Made by a program: the position numbers and the translations under genes
In this document: in pieces, positions 47,536 through 59,400 of the stretch
How the letters are laid out: each line of letters begins with the position of its first letter
Position numbering within the stretch: position 1 is the first letter of the stretch
NCBI RefSeq assembly: GCF_022045235.1
Contig: NW_027266265.1
Span: 25,296,001 to 25,360,000 of the forward strand
DNA: 64,000 nt
Reading direction: 5' to 3'
Source of the DNA: Haliotis cracherodii
Taxonomy: Eukaryota
The notes under the pieces: generated by a model
What the model was told of the DNA's origin: nothing
Databases searched by the model: none
The model's input: the letters and a program-made list of their open reading frames with translations, nothing else

Positions 47536-48509
47536 TATACTTACTTTTGAAAAACAATGGAAAAAATATAGTTTAGCGAAATATAAAAAATGCCTCAATA
47601 GGTTCCAGGGAAACACACATATATCATATTTTTACCACGCGTCATGCAATGCATATGTCAACTGATGCTCATTAATAAATACCATTGACTTAACAAGTGT
47701 GACTCATCAAGTAAATGACTAAACCACAAGGTGGCGTGTCTCACACAGAAACAATTTTGACTTATCAACGATGTCCCAAAGTCAGAGTGACACGTGACGG
47801 GAAATGCATGCTGCAGCACTTAGTATCACAACTGTTTATAATATGCAGTAATATAAATGCGAGTTATAGCAATGAGAAGTGAAGGAGTTGCATGTTGACT
47901 CACAATACTGTTGAGATGCAACATGCATTGGTATCTGTTATCAAAACCCCACTTTGATTTCCTCCTTTTGCAAATTGAGTCTCATCACACTCCACCTATC
48001 TCTCTTGATGTCCTGAAGTTTAGTCCGGTTAATTGATATTTTTCATTAGGTTATTTTTAAAATTTGAATTATTTCTTTTTCATTACTAATTTGTCAGCAA
48101 TGATATGCTTGAAGTACACGTTTGTGCATGATTATATACATACTTCGACTGTAAAGAAGTTGCCCGTTTGATTGCTTGTGGGAATATAGATAAATTGTGA
48201 GTTTACCAAACAAAGCACTCTCATATCCGGAGTTCCAGACGGCCAGCAAAGTACCTCTGCCACAGGTCAGCGACATGTGACAATTCGTCACATCTTACAC
48301 AGTCCATTCAACATATTGCATGGGCGGATACAGCTTTTTTGAAAGGGGGGGGGGTGTCTATTTATTGTCTTTGGTGGTAATTTATACAGGATTAAAGATT
48401 TTTTTCGAAATAAAAGGGGTGGGTGGGACGCGCATATTTCTTACGTAGAGGTAAGTTACACGTGATCATAGTTGCACTTTTTGCTTTAAAACTCAGTGAT
48501 CTGAATATA

Positions 48510-48619
48510 TAAAGAGGTTATCACGCGAGTCTGTTTGGGAAATATCCTGTATTTGGAACAAATATTGTTTATTCCTAATACAGTATAGTTACCATCACCA
48601 AACGTGATAACCTCTTTAT
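48510..48619. repeat. ~110-bp imperfect palindrome (non-autonomous DNA-element-like)
   Basis: taaagaggttatcacg ... cgtgataacctcttta with pairing inner arms. A half copy lies at ~21898-21957. Confidence 0.7.
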
Positions 48620-50649
48620 CATATAGATTTATAGTAATTTCATCTCCCACGTATTATTACACTGAGTCACAATGTCATTGATTAGTCAATATAGTTCCAA
48701 CTGAAACGTGTCTTGTAGACAGCGGCGAGACTACCATGTAGACATAAACACAATTGCCAACACAGATACATTTTCAACTTTGTCGGTGATCGCCTTTCAC
48801 GGCAATCCATCGATCCGCTCGCAAGAGTGATAGTTTTTGCCGAGTATCAAAGGGAAGCTACTCTTATCTACGAAACGTCTTTTGGGGTCTGCCTAACGTT
48901 TCGTAACGGGATTACGGATGCGGTCTATTCGCAGAGTTCTACTACACTGGTGTGTGGACTGATATCCCGACTGTCCTCGCTAAATGTTTTCACAATTTAT
49001 ATTTCCAGAATTGCCTGCAGTAAAAGGACTCGGCTACGCCGAATTTAGACACCGATTTTCTGTTACTGAAACTATTGTCTTCTAACTACATTACGTGACG
49101 TCTATAGTCGAAGGAAAAACACGAGCTTTCCTACTACATATACATTTAATTTCTTCATGTCCATAGATAATGTTGATAGTGAAAATCTGGCAATATTTGT
49201 TTATGAGGCTGCGCAAAACATTTTGTAATAACTATACATGCACGCCCAATGTGGCTGCTGTAACTTGCTGTACTATGATTAGTGACAGTTATCATTTCAA
49301 TTTGTCCTGATGGCATCGGCGATAGACAAGAGCGGCGCCACATTAAGTTTTGTTTGTAATCACTGAAAGTAGTACCTATCTGACATTATATGTTTGCCTT
49401 TTTATCCGCATATGACTCCAATGGATACCGTTTTATCCGTTGGCGTTGTCTTACCGAGAAAACATTACCAATAAATGTTTCTGTCAGAAACAGTGGCCAC
49501 CCGTTGCTACACATTCATCCCTAAGACAAGCTCATAGATTCTCAAAGCAAGAATCAATACATCTACACCATACAGTAAAAGTAAAGGTTAGGGTGAGCTC
49601 TGGCTTACACAAAGGGCACAGGATTTTAGGTGTTGTTACACAAAAACCATATCTCTGACAGATGCACACATAGTTTGGTAGGTACTTCCAGACCCATTAG
49701 TGTAAAGTCTTCACAAACAAATATAAGCTTGATCATCTACCCAGCAACCAGCTAAATAGGGACAACTACCAGGCTGTTCATTAGCAATCGAAAGTTTCAA
49801 TGTAACATCTATAAAATGCTAACAGAAACAAACAACTTAATTCCTTAAACAGCCCTTTCTAATATCCCAATATTTCATCTTCTTGTTGATTATCCCTTAG
49901 GTTTACCATGTTTGTTTGCTTCTGTACGTCATGTTACATATATATTCCAAACAAGCCTACATTATTTGTATTTAGTTCACGGCTCCAACAGGTTTGTGTA
50001 AATTAGAAGCGCTCGTTATATCTCCATCGGTTGCCCGTACACCTGATGATGAGCCCAAACGTAATCCGCAGACATCGTTTTCAAAGCATTGTCCTCTAAA
50101 AGGTGTCCAATAATTCGGGTAGTATCAGAACCGAGTACTGATACAACTGTTAAGTTAATATCAAACATTATGGACAAATTGTTTTGTTCCAATCCGCGAA
50201 GCAGAACAGTATCAAGCTTTGGTTTAAATCGACGAATTTGACGAAATACTGAATAATTAACAGAATATATCTGGATGCATGTGTCAAATTGAACTCGAAC
50301 GATCGTTTGTCAGCTTATCCCATGTATGCATGGCAGCGACAGATGGCTGGGGCCGCCTACACAGCAGATAGCGATGGCTGGGAACAACGCTGACTGCAGG
50401 TTGTGTCTGATAATTATGTCATGTAGTGTGGTCTGGAGTGCACTACCATCTCGGTCCTTATCTCTAGGATTTGCTGAGGGCATACATGCTGCTCCGTTGA
50501 GGTACCCTCGGAACATGTGATAATTCAACGAGGCCTGTGTCTCTACATACACATAAAACACGTTTTTACCGATGTTCAATCTCAATTGGGGAATGCAAGA
50601 TTGTAAAAAGTTCAGGTCAAGCACAGTGTTTCTATGGTAGCTAGTCGAA

Positions 50650-52200
50650 TGCAGTAACCTACATGGTCAGACACGATCCTTACCCAGAAGTCAGATGCAG
50701 CTTCCTACAGGGTCAGAAATGTCAGACGTGATCCTTACCCAGAAGTCACATGCAGCTACCTACATGGTCAGACGTGTTCCTTACCCAGAAGTCACATGCA
50801 GCTACCTACATGGTCAGACGTGATCCTTACCCAGAAGTCAGATGCAGCTACCTACATGGTCAGACGTGTTCCTTACCCAGAAGTCACATGCAGCTACCTG
50901 CATGGTCAGACACGATCCTTACCCAGAAGTCACATGCAGCTGCCTACATAGTCAGACATGATCCTTACCCAGAAGTCACATGCAGCTACCTACATGGTCA
51001 GACACGAACCTTACCCAAAAGTCACATGCAGCTACCTACATGGTCAGACGTGATCCTTACCCAGAAGTCACATGCAGCTACCTACATGGTCAGACACGAA
51101 CCTTACCCAAAAGTCACATGCAGCTACCTACATGGTCAGACGTGATCCTTATCCAGAAGTCACATGCAGCTACCTACATGGTCAGACACGAACCTTACCC
51201 AGAAGTCAGATGCAGCTACCTACATGGTCAGACGTGATCCTTACCCAGAAGTCAGATGCAGCTACCTACATGGTCAGACGTGTTCCTTACCCAGAAGTCA
51301 CATGCAGCTACCTGCATGGTCAGACACGATCCTTACCCAGAAGTCAGATGCAGCTGCCTACATAGTCAGACATGATCCTTACCCAGAAGTCACATGCAGC
51401 TACCTACATGGTCAGACACGAACCTTACCCAGAAGTCACATGCAGCTACCTACATGGTCAGACGTGATCCTTATCCAGAAGTCAGATGCAGCTACCTACA
51501 TGGTCAGACACGAACCTTACCCAGAAGTCAGATGCAGCTACCTACATGGTCAGACGTGATCCTTATCCAGAAGTCAGATGCAGCTACCTACATGGTCAGA
51601 CATGATCCTTACCCAGAAGTCACATGCAGCTACCTACATGGTCAGACACGATCCCTACCCAGAGGTCACATGCAGGTACTTACATGGTCAGACGTGATCC
51701 TTACCCAGAAGTCAGATGCAGCTATCTACATGGTCAGACATGATCCTTACCCAGAAGTCACATGCAGCTACCTACATGGTCAGACGTGATCCTTACCCAG
51801 AAGTCAGATGCAGCTACCTACATGGTCAGACACGATCCTTACCCAGAAGTCAGATGCAGCTACCTACATGGTCAAACGTGATCCTTACCCAGAAGTCAGA
51901 TGCAGTCACCTACATGGTCAAACGTGATCCTTATCCAGAAGTCAGATGCAGCTATCTACATGGTCAGGCGCGATTCTTACCCAGAAGTCAGATGCAGCTT
52001 CCTACATGGTGAGACACGATCCTTACCCAAAAGTCAGATGCAGATACCTACATGGTCAGACATGATCCTTACCCAGAAGTCAGATGTAGCTACCTACATG
52101 GTCAAACGAGAACCTTACCCAAAAGTCAGATGCAGCTACCTACATGGTCAGACATGATCCTTACCCAGAAGTCAGATGCAGCTACCTACATAATCCGACA
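50650..52200. repeat. 46-bp minisatellite (ggtcagacgtgatccttacccagaagtcacatgcagctacctacat)
   Basis: Tandem periodicity. Confidence 0.97.
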
Positions 52201-52274
52201 GATATGGTCTATGGGGATTTAGTTGTTTTCAGACATTATTTTTGAAAACCGGTTCATATAAAGATGCCAGGAAA

Positions 52275-54065
52275 TTCAGGTTGATTGTACCTTCAATGAG
52301 AATCAAGTATTGCCCACATAGTCAGACACGATTGTCTTGAAAGAAAGGTTGATCTGTACCTACTATGAGAATCAAGTACTGCCCACATAGTCAGACACGA
52401 TTGTCTTGAAAGAAAAGTTGATCTGTACCTGCTATGTGAATCAATTAATGCTCACATAGTCAGACACGATTGTTCAGAAAGAAAGGTTGATCTGTACCTG
52501 CTATGAGAATCAAGTACTGCCCACATAGTCAGACACGATTGTTCAGAAAGAAAGGTTGATCTGTACCTGCTATGAAAATCAAGTACTGCCAACATAGTCA
52601 GACACGATTGTCTTGAAAGAAAAGTTGATCTGTACCTGCTATGTGAATCAAGTAATGCTCACATAGTCAGACACGATTGTCTTGAAAGAAAAGATTATCT
52701 GTACCTGTTATGAGAATCAAGTACTGCCAACATAGTCAGACACGATTGTCTTGAAAGAAAGTTTGATCTGTACCTGCTATGTGGATCAAGTATACTCACA
52801 TAGTCAGACACGATTGTCCAGAAAGAAAGGTTGATTGTACCTTCAATGAGAATCAAGTACTGCCCACATAGTCAGACACGATTGTCTTGAAAGAAAGGTT
52901 GATCTGTACCTGCTATGTGGATCAAGTAATGCTCACATAGTCAGACACGATTGTCCAGAAAAAAAAGGTTGATCTGTACCTGCTATGAGAATCAAGTACT
53001 GCCCACATAGTCAGACACGATTGTTTCAGAAAGAAAGGTTGATTGTACCTGCTATGTGGATCAAGTAATGCTCACATAGTCAGACACGATTGTCCAGAAA
53101 GAAAGGTTGATCTGTACCTGCTATGAGAATCAAGTAATGCTCACATAGTCAGACACGACTGTCTTGAAAGAAAGGTTGATCTGTACCTGCTATGAATATC
53201 AAGTACTGCCCACATAGTCAGACACGATTGTCTTGAAAGAAAGGTTGATTTGTACCTGCTATTTGAATCAAGTAATGCTCACATAGTCAGACACGATTGT
53301 TCAGAAAGAAAGGTTGATCTGTACCTGCTATGAGAATCAAGTACTGCCCACATAGTCAGACACGATTGTCTTGAGGGAAAGGTTCGTGTGTACCTGCTGT
53401 GAGAATTAAGTATCGCCCACATAGTCAGACACGATTGTCCAGAAAGAAAGGTTGATCTGTACCTTCCATGTGAATCAAGTAATTCTTACATAGTCAGACA
53501 CGATTGTCTTGAAAGAAAGGTTGATCGGTACCTTCCATGAGAATCAAGTACTGCCCACATGGTCAGACACGATTGTTCAGAAAGAAAGGTTGATCTGTAC
53601 CTGCCATGTGAATCAAGTACTGCCCACATAGTCAGACACGATTGTTCAGAAAGAAAGGTTGATTGTACCTTCAATGAGAATCAAGTACTGCCCACATAGT
53701 CAGAGACGATTGTTCAGAAAGAAAGGTTGATCTGTACCTGCTATGAGAATCAAGTACTGCCAACACAGTCAGGCACGATTGTTCAGAAAGAAAGGTTGAT
53801 CTGTACCTGCTATGTGAATCAAGTAATGCTCACATATTCAGACACGATTGTTCAGAGAGAAAGGTTGATCTGTACCTTCAATGAGAATCAAATACTGCCC
53901 ACACAGTCAGACACGATTGTCTTGAAAGAAAAGTTGATCTGTACCTGCTATGTGAATCAAGTAATGCCCACACAGTCATACACGATTGCCCAGAAAGAAA
54001 AGTTCATGTGCACCTGCAATGACATTCACGTAAGCATTGTATAGTCAGACGCGATATCCTAGAAA
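52275..54065. repeat. 69-bp minisatellite A (tagtcagacacgattgtcttgaaagaaaggttgatctgtacctgctatgagaatcaagtactgcccaca)
   Basis: Tandem periodicity. Confidence 0.97.
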
Positions 54066-54099
54066 GAAAGAACATTTGCATCGAGATTCAAGGAACGAT

Positions 54100-55000
54100 C
54101 ATATAGTCAGGGATGATTTCATAGACAGAAGTGTTCATGTACACCTGCAATAAAAGACCAGTGCATTTAATATAGTCAGAGATGATTTCATAGAAAGAAG
54201 TGTTCATGTACACCTGCAATAAAAGACCAGTGCATTTGATATAGTCAGGGATGATTTTATAGAAAGAAGTGTTCATGTACACCTGCAATAAAAGACCAGT
54301 GCATTTAATATAGTCAGGGATGATTTCATAGAAAGAAGTGTTCATGTACACCTGCAATAAAAGACCAGTGCATTTAATATAGTCAGGGATGATTTCATAG
54401 AAAGAAGTGTTCATGTACACCTGCAATAAAAGACCAGTGCATTTAATATAGTCAGGGATGATTTCATAGAAAGAAGTGTTCATGTACACCTGCAATAAAA
54501 GACCAGTGCTTTTAATATAGTCAGGGATGATTTCATAGAAAGAAGTGTTCATGTACACCTGCAATAAAAGACCAGTGCATTTAATATAGTCAGGGATGAT
54601 TTCATAGAAAGAAGTGTTCATGTACACCTGCAATAAAAGACCAGTGCATTTAATATAGTCAGGGATGATTTCATAGAAAGAAGTGTTCATGTACACCTGC
54701 AATAAAAGACCAGTGCTTTTAATATAGTCAGGGATGATTTCATAGAAAGAAGTGTTCATGTACACCTGCAATAAAAGACCAGTGCATTTTATATAGTCAG
54801 GGATGATTTTATAGAAAGAAGTGTTCATGTACACCTGCAATAAAAGACCAGTGCATTTAAAATAGTCAGGGATGATTTCATAGAAAGAAGTGTTCATGTA
54901 CACCTGCAATAAAAGACCAGTGCATTTAATATAGTCAGGGATGATTTCATAGAAAGAAGTGTTCATGTACACCTGCAATAAAAGACCAGTGCATTTCAAC
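54100..55000. repeat. 69-bp minisatellite B (tagtcagggatgatttcatagaaagaagtgttcatgtacacctgcaataaaagaccagtgcatttaata)
   Basis: Tandem periodicity, ~13 copies. Confidence 0.97.
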
Positions 55001-55069
55001 GACAGTCAAGTAATGCTCAGTCAGTTACGATTTCCAAGAAAAAAAATGATGTTCGCCTATAACTGTAAT

Positions 55070-55770
55070 GAGAATGACGTAAACTTTGTATTGTCAGACA
55101 CGATTGTCCGGAATGACATTTAATGTACACCTACACTGAGAGTGACTTAAACTTTGTATTGTCAGACACGATTGTCCGAAATGACATTTAATGTACACCT
55201 ACACTGAGAGTGACGAAAACTTTGTATTGTCAGACACGATTGTCCGAAATGACATTTAATGTACACCTACACTGAGAGTGACGAAAACTTTGTATTGTCA
55301 GACACGATTGTCCGGAATGACATTTAATGTACACCTACACTGAGAGTGACTTAAACTGTGTATTGTCAGACGTCAGACACGATTGTCCGGAATGCCTTTT
55401 AATGTACACCTACACTGAGAGTGACTTAAACTTTGTATTGTCAGACTGAGAGTGACTTAAACTTTGTATTGTCAGACACGATTGTCCGGAATGACATTTA
55501 ATGTACACCTACACTGAGAGTGACTTAAACTTTGTATTGTCAGACAAGATTGTCTGGAATGACATTTAATGTACACCTACACTGAGAGTGACTTAAACTT
55601 TGTATTGTCACACACGATTGTCCGGAATGACATTTAATGTACACCTACACTGAGAGTGACTTAAACTGTGTATTGTCAGACAAGATTGTCCGGAATGACA
55701 TTTAATGTACACCTACACTGAGAGTGACGTAAACTTTGTATAGTCAGACACGATTGTCTGGAACGACATG
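55070..55770. repeat. 68-bp minisatellite (aaactttgtattgtcagacacgattgtccggaatgacatttaatgtacacctacactgagagtgactt)
   Basis: Tandem periodicity, ~10 copies. Confidence 0.95.
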
Positions 55771-56337
55771 TGAGTGACTCATACAGTCGGACATAATGAC
55801 CTGGAAAGAAAGAGCACGTACACATGCAATGAGACCCAAGTAAAGGTCATATGGGGCCTCTAGTAGGTTGTTGATTGCATACGGAGCATTTTTGGAAAAG
55901 GTTTAACTGGACATCAGGCTCTTATTCGCTTCGTAACAATTAAATGAAAGTGTTGGTGGGGATAATTAGGTTGATGACCATATTAATATGTGTGCACTGT
56001 CTCGGAAATCGCCGCTGNNNNNNNNNNNNNNNNNNNNNNNNNNNNNNNNNNNNNNNNNNNNNNNNNNNNNNNNNNNNNNNNNNNNNNNNNNNNNNNNNNN
56101 NNNNNNNNNNNNNNNNNNNNNNNNNNNNNNNNNNNNNNNNNNNNNNNNNNNNNNNNNNNNNNNNNNNNNNNNNNNNNNNNNNNATAGTTAAGTCGGCCAA
56201 AACAAAAGTTTTAGACATTTTAGTAGGTTGTGGGGGCGTGGAATACAACAGGTTTTGGGTAGTGCAGGTCAGGTTATGTCACATGTTATGATATGAGCTT
56301 ACCTAAGGATTGGACAGACACATCACATGACCGTGTG

Positions 56338-56345
56338 TATATAAG
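56338..56345 (+). promoter_or_regulatory. Candidate TATA box (TATATAAG) of the VWA gene
   Basis: ~50 nt upstream of the signal-peptide ATG. Confidence 0.55.
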
Positions 56346-56389
56346 TCTTTGACAACTGTTCCTCGGTGATGTAGCTGCGTTAAACAGCC

Positions 56390-56468
56390 ATGTGGAATCG
56401 GCTGTGCTTCATCCTAGCGGTGCTGTCCGCTATACAAGCTACAACAATCAGAAAGAAACGTTCCCGAG
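56390..56468 (+). CDS. VWA gene exon 1: signal peptide plus RKKR (MWNRLCFILAVLSAIQATTIRKKRSR)
   Basis: gccATG, hydrophobic core, G|gtgagg. Confidence 0.8.
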
Positions 56469-59400
56469 GTGAGGCACTTTAAAAATTATTATTTTTTGCT
56501 ACTGCTCACATGGTACTGACATTGCAATTAATTGACTGTGAAGATGCCTTTATCTGTCGATGCCGTAGTAGATTTGATGCTTGTGAGAATGGTATCTTGT
56601 ATTTAAAGGAAAGATTAGACTATAGTTTGTTGTTGTGTTGATACTTCGTCATGCCCATAGCCTATTGTAACATTGTTGTATTTATTGTCGCTCACCGAGT
56701 ACACAGTACAGCTCTGAACACATGTCTTCACCTCTATCTACTGACATACGGTAACAAGGATTCTTCATTAAATGTTGAAGAAGATTCGTCACCTTTACAA
56801 CAACGTCTTCGGGACACTATCAGGTACATCTGTAAACTGTTTGGGAGACGTGTTGCAATAGAAATATATGAAGGCGTACACTATACATTGTTTTATCTGC
56901 ATATTTCAGTCGAGCGACAGGCGTACTACAACAGCGGCATCAACAATAACTATGGTAAGTACTCGTGCATCTGCAAGGCGAAAACTGTGTCAGGCATACA
57001 CGTATTTAACATAATTATGAGATTTGTAGTATTCTCAATGTAAATGAAGGTATATATGCTAGTGCCCACATAATGCGAGTCCCTGTCGTATACGTGGACT
57101 TGAAGCCTCAAATCATGACACTCAACTCAACAGATGGTTGAACCTGCATGACTGCTATGTATTGTATGTCTCATGTATAATATCACTCACTGACATACAG
57201 TAGCTATGAATGACCAAAACGAGAAATTAGCACATGTCCGCCCAAAAGACATATTAAAGCAATGCATTGAAAAACACAAATATTTGCACAGTGAAAGGAT
57301 AATTTCTGTCCAAAATACCCGTGCATACGGCCTGTGACTCAGCTCTCATAGTTTACTTTTCCTCATTATGTTCTTTTGTATTTCTTATGTAGGTGGAACA
57401 TAGTAAACTAATACTAATACTAAATGCTCACTGTCTACTGTGTAAACTGCATTTCTGGCTTCCTCAGTGTGGAATACTCCAGTGGATGTGGAGTTTGTCC
57501 TTGATTCCTCGGACACTGTGGGGGCAGACAACTTCCGGTATATGATCCAATACGTACAGAACCTGGTCCGTCACTGGGAGATAGGCCCGCAACGTATACA
57601 GGTGGGCGTGGTCACCTATGGTAATGGCGCAAGAAACCAGTTCTACTTTAACAACTACCAGACAGGGGCGCAGCTGGTCAACGCCATAGGGAACATCCAG
57701 TATCAGAGTGGTGCTGCAGATCTGGGAAATGCTTTCAGATTCGCCTATGGAGATGCCTTCACCAGCCAACATGGTTCACGTGATCATGTGCCACATGTCA
57801 TAGTACACATCGGCAATGGCGTCTCCAGTAACAAAGCCTTCACCCTGCAGGTACAGCCATATTTTCAGTCAGATGGGCCATGTCAGTGTAGTTACTAATC
57901 TTACGGACCCGAATGTATAACACCAGGATCCTTCACCCGTCTGGTTAGCTGTTTTCATTATGACCCTGATTATCCTGTGATTGACATTGTAGGAGGCCCA
58001 GGCAGCCCGGGATCACGGTGTAGCCATCTACAACGTTGCTGTTGGAAGTGGTGTTGACACCAATGAGATTCAAAATATCGCAACAAGCCCAGCCTCGAGA
58101 TACGTGCTCCATGCGGACACCTACCAGTCACTAGACACCCTTGTCAATCCACTGGCGACTAAGATCGAAAACGGTAGAGAATACACGCTAAACCTTTTGT
58201 CAATTCGTCTTACACTTGGCTCCCTTGAATTTTAATAAACATGAAATATAATTTAAAATATATTTTGGGATTGATGAGTGAATAAATACTTGGAAACGTA
58301 ATAAAGACCGGTTGTTTGTGTTCATGTTTCAGAGGTTCCAGGTTCCAACACCATGCTCCCTCAGCCTAACGGTGCGTATGGCTATTTTCAAGTAATGTTT
58401 GACAAATCACGAAGTAATATGAAAAGAAATATCTTAGCTATTATGTTCACAAAAAAATACATAGCATCTGCCTTGCGTAAACCAACGTATAGCTTCTTCG
58501 TGTCCAACCAACAGGCTGTCTGCAGAAGGCGGATCTGGTTTTTATGATTGATTCCTCCTCCAACGTTGGCATTGCCCAACATCAACAGCTGGAGAACTTC
58601 CTGAAGAACTTCCTGATCAGACTACCCGTCGGCAAGGACAAGGTGCAGGTTGGCCTGATACAGTACAGCAGTTACCCCTCTGCTGGCTTCCCCCTCAGCA
58701 TGTACACTGACAGGAACGACCTTTTAAAAGCCGTGGACTCTCTGCGCTATATGGGCGGTGGAACAAACACTGCTGATGCCCTCAAGTACATGAGGGAACA
58801 AACCTTCTCACAGACTTCTGGAGCTAGGACTGATGTTCCTAGAATCGGCATAGTTATAACCAACGGTCATTCTTCTAACCCTACGGCCACCACCACTGAA
58901 GCTGACAAGGCCCGATCTAGCAACATCGGACTAATTGGTGTCGGAGTTGGCTCAGGGCTCGATTTGAATGAATTGAACAACATTGCTGACAACCCACATA
59001 CGTCCAACACCTTCACCATCAGTGATTACGACCAGCTGCAAAATTCCATACCGCAGATTCTTAATGCTGCATGTAACAGTAAGCATGAATCATTGACTTG
59101 TGATAATTCAGCATGTACACATTATTCTCTTTATGGAAAAACGTATTCTTTAGGACATTCAACTTCGCCAAGAACAAGTGACAATAACTTAGTATACATT
59201 TGTAGAAAACGCTCATTTGTGGCTCCGTCGTGGAGAAGACGAACGAACACACGTTTTGTTCCTTATTGTAATACATTGGCATCCCATGGAAGCATATAAC
59301 CTACAATGAGTTAACAACCATTAACTGATCAGCTGTGTGTTTAATAGTGCAATTTTCTTTCAGTTAATCGGATGGTTCCCGGTCACACTGGAGGACAGGG

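Noticed and set aside
46966-47616. Repeat ORFs open in three frames (FVQLEIDSYDR / SPAEQTDHNCQ)
   Set aside because: A stop-poor 33-bp unit explains them. No splice context or domain is evident.
50310-50520. GC-richer stretch resembling an exon
   Set aside because: No recognisable protein motif or partner exons.
54088-54999. 303-aa ORF
   Set aside because: It is the 69-bp satellite B read in a stop-free frame.
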